Shown here: piece by piece, positions 49,601-64,000 of the stretch
Numbering within the stretch: position 1 is the first letter of the stretch
How the letters are laid out: the number at the start of each line of letters is the position of its first letter
NCBI GenBank assembly: GCA_020137815.1
Contig: CM035350.1
Coordinates: 8,928,001-8,992,000 of the forward strand
Direction: 5' to 3'
Length of the DNA: 64,000 nucleotides
Origin: Hormiphora californensis
Lineage: Eukaryota > Animalia > Ctenophora
Notes under the pieces: generated by a model
The model's input: only the letters and a program-made list of their open reading frames with translations
What the model was told of the DNA's origin: nothing
Databases searched by the model: none
Translations under genes and position numbers: made by a program

Positions 49601-50620
49601 GGAGAACATTCTCGATGCCTACTATCTGCGGGGACCAATTTATGAACTGATGAAGGAGGATACTGAACTAGGACTAAAACATAAGTACATGTCTTAACTA
49701 GAGTTTTCAGCCTCCCTCAATCCCAGCTGTGTTTCTAACCACCCATTCCCCCACCCAGCTGTGTTTCTAACCACCCATTCCCCCACCCAGCTGTGTTTCT
49801 AACCACTCATTCCCCCACCCAGCTGTGTTTCTAACCACCCATTCCCCCACCCAGCTGTGTTTCTAACCACTCATTCCCCCACCCAGCTGTGTTTCTAACC
49901 ACCCATTCCCCCACCCAGCTGTGTTTCTAACCACTCATTCCCCCACCCAGCTGTATTTCTAACCACCCATTCCCCCACCCAGCTGTGTTTCTAACCACCC
50001 ATTCCCCCACCCAGCTGTGTTTCTAACCACCCATTCCCCCCACCCAGCTGTGTTACTAACCACCCATTCCCCCACCCAGCTGTGTTTCTAACCACCCATC
50101 CCCCACCCAGCTGTGTTTCTAACCACCCATTCCCCCACTCAGCTGTGTTTCTAACCACCCATCCCCCACCCAGCTGTGTTTCTAACCACCCATTCCCCCA
50201 CTCAGCTGTGTTTCTAACCACTCATTCCCCCACCCAGCTGTGTTTCTAACCACCCATTCCCCCACCCAGCTGTGTTTCTAACCACACATTCCCCCACCCA
50301 GCTGTGTTTCTAACCACACATTCCCCCACCCAGCTGTGTTTCTAACCACTCATTCCCCCACCCAGCTGTGTTACTAACCACCCATTCCCCCACCAAGCTA
50401 TGTTTCTAACCACCCATTCCCCCTCACCCCCAGGGATATTTATACCAAGTTCAGTAAGGTGAGCAGTAACTCAGCAGAGCGGTACATGGGGTGGAAGACG
50501 GAGAGGACTCACTTGAAGTACCAGTCCACCATGTTGCCGCTAACTAACGAGGAGTATGGAAAGTCACCGGGGCAACCAGATTGGAATGATAGGGACCAAC
50601 TAGATGAAGAGGACTTGTAG
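46608..50620 (+). CDS. MRPS7: Divergent mitochondrial ribosomal protein uS7m
   Basis: Presequence-like CRTLHTSP. Spliced ILFKAIK|NTSPGVKIDFVESGAGTFHPCPVPL...LLAENILDAYYLRGPIYELMKE matches the uS7 pattern (KAI.N..P...G..Y.VP.P...LA.E...A....G). Confidence 0.7.
47798..48823 (-). CDS. Nested antisense gene: secreted protein, probable galactose-binding/F5-8-like beta-sandwich
   Basis: Signal-peptide exon MRILVIFLGLIATSRC with GTAAGT donor; main exon NAFDLDLSTSS...NWFSAKL...IRLYHR...CGVMKL..YDFSCGGVVGDEVYL..IVFEMVITG. Lies within MRPS7 intron 47611-49430. Confidence 0.75.
47933..48042. mobile_element. Short MITE (~110 bp) in an intron of the nested gene
   Basis: Inverted ends caagaaccgaccgaa...ttcggccggttcctg. 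Confidence 0.6.
49722..50425. repeat. 32-bp minisatellite (cccagctgtgtttctaaccacccattccccca), about 22 copies, in an MRPS7 intron
   Basis: Tandem array. Confidence 0.95.
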
Positions 50621-50885
50621 TTGCAGGGACCAACTAGATGTGGAGGACTTGTAGTGGGATGGTGGATGTGATGATTATGTGAGGTCGGGAGAAAGTTTTT
50701 TATACGTAACTTATTGTTGAACTTTGTTTAGTTTGAAATTCTTGTTTACCTCCTCCCCCTCCTTTAATAATTGCCTCGCTTCATAATCATACTCTATTCT
50801 AGCAGCTTGAAATCAACAGCTCTTCCTACGTGATGTACTACTCACCATTATAACGGCACCAGTAGCCAGTAACTAGGCACCAGTA

Positions 50886-51920
50886 ATGGAGGGGCTAAAA
50901 TCTAAACTAACTGAGACTCTCAAACCTCTCGAACCCGCCTCAAAATACCTTGACAAGAAAATAGTCGTGCTAAGATCATGGGCGCTCCAGCGGGATCTGT
51001 TTTGTGTGGGTTACGGGGCAGCCACCACCTCCCTCCTAACATACCCTCTTGATCTTGTTAAAGTTCGCATGCAACTGCAGGGTGAACTCCGACCAGTTGG
51101 ATCATACCCCATTAAATACTCCTCTGTACCACAATCCATCCTGGCCATAGCCAGGTCCCCGGCTGGGGTGAAGGGTCTATACAGAGGTATAGGTCAGGGC
51201 ATGTTTTTCCACGGACTATCCAACGCGACACGTGTCTATGTGTTTGACATGTGTGAGCGTTCAGGGCTAACTAGTGATATGGATGACCAGCCTGAGCTGT
51301 CCAGGTTTGTAACGGCTTCGGTTCTCAGCGGTGTAGTGGGATCCACACTCTTCAGTCCTCTCTATCTTGCTAAAATCCAGTCTCAGACTCAGGCGAGCCC
51401 AGATTTGGCAGTTGGGTGGCAACACAGTCACCCAAAACCCAGGTGGGCTCTTTGGCATGCCTTTAGGGGACACAAAGGGTACTTAATGAGTGGGTGGCAG
51501 GGAGGTACCAGTGCGGCACTGAAGATAACTGGAACCACCGTGGTCCACTTGTTCACCTACACAACCCTCCAACACGCCCTGTATTCAAGTCTTGATCTAA
51601 CGGACTCCCTCACTAATTCATGTGTCGCAGCCACTCTCAGTGCGATCCCAGTTGTACTCATCACCAACCCTCTTGATCTGATCTGTACAAGGATGTACAA
51701 CCAGAAACTGGGCGCCTACTACACGGGTATTAGACATTGTGCGGAGCTGACCCTGGCCAGGGAGGGTTGGAGAGGGTTCTGGAAGGGGTGTACGGCTAAC
51801 TATCTCCGCACCGCCCCCCAGATGGTCGTGACTCTGGTGTTGTGGGATAGGATGAGGCGAAGTGGGTTTGATCACGTAATGATGGATGAACAGGAGGTAA
51901 TAAACAGGACTTGGGATTGA
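50886..51920 (+). CDS. SLC25A35: Mitochondrial carrier, SLC25A34/35 type (intronless)
   Basis: PLDLVKVRMQLQGEL, SPLYLAKIQ, NPLDLICTRMYNQ carrier signatures; AVGWQH; EGWRGFWKG. Confidence 0.88.
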   Translation: MEGLKSKLTETLKPLEPASKYLDKKIVVLRSWALQRDLFCVGYGAATTSLLTYPLDLVKVRMQLQGELRPVGSYPIKYSSVPQSILAIARSPAGVKGLYRGIGQGMFFHGLSNATRVYVFDMCERSGLTSDMDDQPELSRFVTASVLSGVVGSTLFSPLYLAKIQSQTQASPDLAVGWQHSHPKPRWALWHAFRGHKGYLMSGWQGGTSAALKITGTTVVHLFTYTTLQHALYSSLDLTDSLTNSCVAATLSAIPVVLITNPLDLICTRMYNQKLGAYYTGIRHCAELTLAREGWRGFWKGCTANYLRTAPQMVVTLVLWDRMRRSGFDHVMMDEQEVINRTWD

Positions 51921-52080
51921 GATTATTAGAATTTGTGTGGAGGGCAAGATGTGTCGTTGAGTTGTGTGACTGAGATTAATTTATTACTCTTTTTTACGGT
52001 ATTTATAGAAGTTAGTTGGTGTCTTTTTCACATTAAAATCCCTCTGTAAGTCTCCCCCTCTGTTTACTGTAATAGGACAC

Positions 52081-58948
<6,868 letters not shown>

Positions 58949-59545
58949 AGATGGAATCTTTTAGCTACAGGGACAGATATATGTGTATTCTTTAACAGAG
59001 TTGATATGTAAATTATCGATTTGAATTTTACCACCCTTTGCTGAAAGATCTGTTTCGTGAGAAGGCAAACTGTCCGAACTCCGCTAAGACGTGACACGCG
59101 GCGACACCGCTGTGAACAAAGTGGTCAGCGAAGTGGAGTAGGCCGCGCGGGATTGGGGACGCGCACAGGACCGTGGGAAATCCGTTCCTGCAGTTGTCCT
59201 AGGGCATTCAGGAATAGGAACTGCCAGTCCTGTCTTTCAAAGCGTGTCGTGTCACATGCTTGAAGTTCGGACAGTTGTTGTGTAAGTACATAATTGGACT
59301 GTCAAAACACGATCAATTGGGTTGGTAAAAACGGTCATAAACAGCAGAATCGATTATCGAATCGTATGCGAAAAGTGTACTCTAGAAACTGGAAAGTGTC
59401 AATCGCTTTCCTTGCAGTTCATTCTGTCTCACAAATGTTCATTCCTCAGAATCTCTCTCCCAGACATGCAGTCCCTTGTCTTCACTCCTTCCACATTCGA
59501 AAGCACATTGTGTAGGTATCTCAATTTGAGAGTCATATCCCTCCA

Positions 59546-60800
59546 TCACCTCACGTCATTGAATTGTGCCTAGCAAGGCGGTGTGGTCGGATGGTGCTGG
59601 CACTGGACGCCCTCACCACAGCTCTCGTCCTCTTGTCAGTTATTGTCACAGAGATATTGTGGTCAATCATCCCCTCCCCTGGCACCTGGGAGAGAGATGA
59701 TGGGGGTTTCCTTTGATTCGCGATATAATTATTGGGGGTGGGGCGTTGTGTGGCTCACACCGTCATTTTATTTCACGCTCTGTGAGGGTTCGGTAGATCA
59801 GAGGGTGGGCGGCGCGCCGGCGGGGGGGGGGGGAGGGCCTCTATTTTAGTAAATTCCCGCAAAAAAAAGTCTTCATGGATCTGACAAACTCGCTTGCTAT
59901 GACGTCACAGAATAAAAAATTAACATGTGAAGTGCTGCCATGAACTTACCACTTTCTTGTTATTTGTGCCCGGGTCATCTGTATTGGCAGAGGGTTCCAC
60001 TGGTTTTGGATCCTTGACGCCTGGTTCCGGGCTTTTCGGCTCAGCTGTTTCAGTCTGGTCACACTGCCGGGGTATCTGGACTCGCTTCCGTATCGGCTCT
60101 ACACAGGGTGAAATATTATTTGAAATGTAGGTTCAGACACAGTTTATAGTAAAAGAGGGTTAGAACAAAGCACAGAGAGATTGTTTAACCTACTTTTTGG
60201 TTCATATCTCGGTTTCATCTCAACTGATTTCTTATCAAACAAGATGGGGAGACTCTTTGTTTTATCAAGGCTCTTATCATCCAGAATAGTCCGCGTGGTG
60301 ATAACCCCGCCAACTGTGTCACCATTACACCGGGACATGGGGTGATTCTTGACATTAGTCTCAAAACATTCCACAGCTAGGGGTGTCCGGCGACCCCGCT
60401 GCCTCGCATCTCTCTTTGCCGCCACCCTGTTCTCGTTGAATCTGAAACAGGGTTCGTTGTATACTTTATGTGGGCGAACCACGTGGGTGAAAGGGGACGG
60501 GAGTGGGGTGATGGGGCTATTAAGGGAATAAAACTATTGTATATCGTTTTCTAATCAGAACGGTTGACAACTAGACATCTTTGTCTATGTTAGACTAATA
60601 TCTGGACTACAGTTAGAGATCTGACTACAGCCATCTCACCTTTGATGAGGGTAAAGGTAAATTTGGTTTTGTGTTAGTGAAGCGTTAGATGCTGCACTGG
60701 GTGGCCGTGAATTATTTGATCGCACACTCGTCTGACTACTTGTACAATAAAAACAGTTAGTATCCTTCTGGACTTGTCCCTGTACTCTCAACTTACGTCC
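59546..60800 (-). CDS. Probable spliced gene for an unrecognised hydrophilic protein
   Basis: Several open minus-strand segments with plausible AG/GT ends (RKLRVQGQVQK.., VRPHKVYNEPCFRF.., ISNNISPCVEPIRK.., VPGEGMIDHN..). No known motif. Confidence 0.35.
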
Positions 60801-61753
60801 TGTGAGGGAGAGAATAGTTAGAAACCTGAATCAATTAACAAAGATTAATTAATCATGATCATCAGATCTCTGTGATAATCAATCAATATATCCCTAATAT
60901 ATATCAGTTCAACACAACTTGACAAGCACGAAACACACAATAAACACGAGACAAAATACACACAGATCACAATTCAAAACAAACACGATAGGGGACATAG
61001 TGAGTGGCCCCGTGTACAGGCACCTTCTTCATAAAGCATTGGAACAGTTTTACTCCTTGAATTGATGTACATAACGACGTACAGCATATAATGCGATGGC
61101 ACCCACACAGAGAATTAAACTGACTCAAATCATGGGGGAACGAACATTGTGTGTGTGCCGCTAAATCATAGCTTTAACGGTTTAAAATGCGGAGGGAGCC
61201 GGAGAGAGAGAAGAAGACACTGCCTCTATAGAGACGATGTGCTTGCTGGAAAAAGGGAAACAGAGGACAGAGGGAGAGTGAGAGAGAGGAAGAGATAGTC
61301 AATAATATAAGAAAGAATTAGGAAGAAAAGAAGAAGTGAAATATGATGTGGTAGAGTGAACAGATATTCATGCAGAAATAGATACACCGAAGAGCGAGAC
61401 AGAGAGATGAGTAGAAGAAACTAGATGGAACTGAAGTGAATGAGAAAACTTGTGTGGGATACAAAATCATAAGCACTTCAAGTACGATAGATCAGTTTAT
61501 CCCTCAAGTGCCACATGGTTGCTAGTGTGCTACGTGTGCCGTTTAAAACACGGTTTGATTATGAATGGCGTATTGGAGTAGTTGCAATGCGATTTATTAT
61601 GTAGCTACAATCTATCTAACCTCTCTTTCCATCCCTCCAGCTCCCCCTCCTCTCTCTCTATCTAACCTCTCTTTCCATCCCTCCCCCTCCTCTCTCTATC
61701 TAACCTCTCTATCTAACCTCTCTTTCCATCTCTCCCCCTCCTCTCTCTATCTA

Positions 61754-62875
61754 GGGGGGGGGTGACACGTAACACTTTGTAACACTTTGTAACATGTGCA
61801 GAAAACTTTTTGTGCACGTTACATGTTACAAAGTGTTACAAAGTGTTACATAGTGTTACAAAGTGTTACATAGTGTTACAAAGTGTTACATAGTGTTACA
61901 AAGTGTTACATAGTGTTACAAAGTGTTACATAGTGTTACATAGTGTTACAAAGTGTTACAAAGTGTTACATAGTGTTACAAAGTGTCACAAAGTGTTACA
62001 TAGTGTTACAAAGTGTCACAAAGTGTTACATAGTGTCACAAAGTGTTACAAATTGTTACAAAGTGTTACAAATTGTTACAAAATATTTACAAACACACAA
62101 GGATTTGTAGCGAGGCAAATTTTCAATCTTTGACCAAAAAATTGATTTTGGAAAAAGTTTATTTCTTTTTCCAACAGAAACGTTGTATATCATCTTATTA
62201 AGTACAAAGAATCGATTACCAATGAAAAAACGTGTGTTAACGATTGGGTCACAACTCACAGGTGACTCGATCAGCACATTGGGGGCCTCTGAGAGGCACA
62301 ATACTTGTAATATCACTCTAAAAACTTTACCGGTGTCTAAAGTTCATATTTTTCTTTACCAAATGGACTATTTCAGCCCTGATTTCCACAGTCGATGACA
62401 TCGGAGGCTGAAAACATCCGCAAATTAGTAAAAAAGTGTATGTTTTAACCCTAGAAATGATTTAAAACTTTTAGATGTGTTCTAGAAAGACACCAAAGTC
62501 GTTCAAATTACTTATTCACCAACCGTCTTATATATTTTGTAAATATTTTGTAACAATTTGTAACACTTTGTAACAATTTGTAACACTTTGTGACACTATG
62601 TAACACTTTGTGACACTTTGTAACACTATGTAACACTTTGTAACACTATGTAACACTTTGTAACACTATGTAACACTTTGTAACACTATGTAACACTTTG
62701 TAACACTTTGTAACACTATGTAACACTTTGTAACACTATGTAACACTTTTTAACACTTTGTAACACTATGTAACACTTTGTAACACTATGTAACACTTTG
62801 TAACATGTGCAGAAAACATTTTGTGCACGTTACATGTTACAAAGTGTTACAAAGTGTTACGTGTCACCCCCCCCC
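61754..62875. mobile_element. Foldback element with G9/C9 termini and 10-bp subterminal repeats
   Basis: G9-TGACACG...CGTGTCA-C9; (aagtgttaca/tagtgttaca)n arrays; 6-bp TSD TATCTA at 61748-61753 and 62876-62881. Confidence 0.85.
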
Positions 62876-63654
62876 TATCTAACCTCTCTTTCCCTCCCTC
62901 CCTCCCCCTCCTCTTCATATTTTTCATATCCCATTAGTTTTCCGACAATCCGACATCAATTTAAAGTTTAATTTTAAACCCATTGCGTCAGGCTCGGTAG
63001 ATCAAAGTATCACAGTAGACACGATGCTAAATATGTGCACGATTCCCTATATCATATATCCCTGCCGTTACAGACCTTTCCTCCCGAGGAATGGAGTGAA
63101 CTTCATAATGTACTTTCCCAAGATAAAAAGAACTTGCGAGTAAGCTGTCATGGCGCCACCGATCCCATCTGAGCGCACTGTCAAATTGGGGTATGGCGCC
63201 GCCATACAGATAATTTGGCCCAGCTTCATGTTAGTTGCCACCTACCTTCAATAACAGGTATTGCCTCAGAGAACACGTGAGTTTTCCTCTCCACCCTCCT
63301 GTGTATGGGATAGAGGGGGAAGTTCCACGCTTTCAATCGCTCTTCTACCGGTATGGGACCCATACGAACCGACCCCATCCTGCTGTATGGTAAAATGCGT
63401 TTGGGGTGACAACTTAAAAAAATCCGACTTTAACTCGCCCTATAATTTATCGACATAAAAAAGCTCGAATAAAAAATGAACAAATCCGCAGAATGAATGA
63501 TCAAGGTGGTCATGCATATAACAGCCTAGGGATAGCTGATGCATCCTGATAACAACACATTCCTAGCCTAGCAACAAAAAATGCACAATAGTGGAAATGA
63601 ACAGTGGGAGCTCTGAATAACGTGTCACGGTAAACAACACACATACGCAGACAG

Positions 63655-63778
<124 letters not shown>

Positions 63779-64000
63779 CCTTTCTCTCTCTCCCTCCCTT
63801 TCTCTCCCTCCCTCCCTTTCTCTCACGGGGAGACTGGGAGAGCGTGCACGCAGGTTGCATGAGTGATTAGTAACATTGTCACGCTACAAGCAGGGAAGTA
63901 AGAGGAAGTCTGGAGACACTAGGGAGGATTTGGTGAGAGGGAAGAGAGGGAGGGAGAGAAAGGGAGGGAGAAGATAGATAGTGATGATACGAGCAGACGA

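Noticed and set aside
49722-50425. Regular 32-bp repeats resembling a CRISPR array
   Set aside because: Head-to-tail units with no unique spacers, inside a eukaryotic intron.
50590-50656. Short tandem duplication of the MRPS7 stop region (similar one at the MMAB stop, 17988-18045)
   Set aside because: Small local duplications with no evident functional consequence.

Overview
Gene-dense animal genomic DNA with GT-AG introns and (AG)n microsatellites. It is most likely a ctenophore (inference from nested antisense secreted genes, splice acceptors directly upstream of ATGs, and an extremely divergent mitoribosomal protein). About 20 protein-coding genes are supported. They comprise three KH-domain RNA-binding genes; a tight minus-strand run FoxN1/4-TRMT5-MMAB-ERMARD-BSDC1; a second minus run synaptotagmin-like-POMT-like-Myb/SANT-4TM protein; and a plus-strand run COPS4-CFDP1-MCCC1-MRPS7-SLC25A35-DDX42. 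Spacers are mostly 130-380 bp and most genes have an AG acceptor just before the ATG, suggesting operon-like, trans-spliced transcription. Two antisense secreted-protein genes sit inside introns of MRPS7 and DDX42. Gaps and large introns hold many palindromic non-autonomous DNA transposons with readable TSDs (hAT, PIF/Harbinger, Tc1/mariner, Transib-like). Also present are a tRNA-derived SINE, a CRE-type retrotransposon, and a CR1/L2-type LINE hit by three nested insertions and an inverted triplication. Two unrelated elements share an unusual architecture: poly-G/poly-C termini, 6-bp TSDs and hairpin ends. Several conserved genes carry apparent +1 frameshifts, most likely consensus errors. Exon boundaries were read by eye and are approximate.
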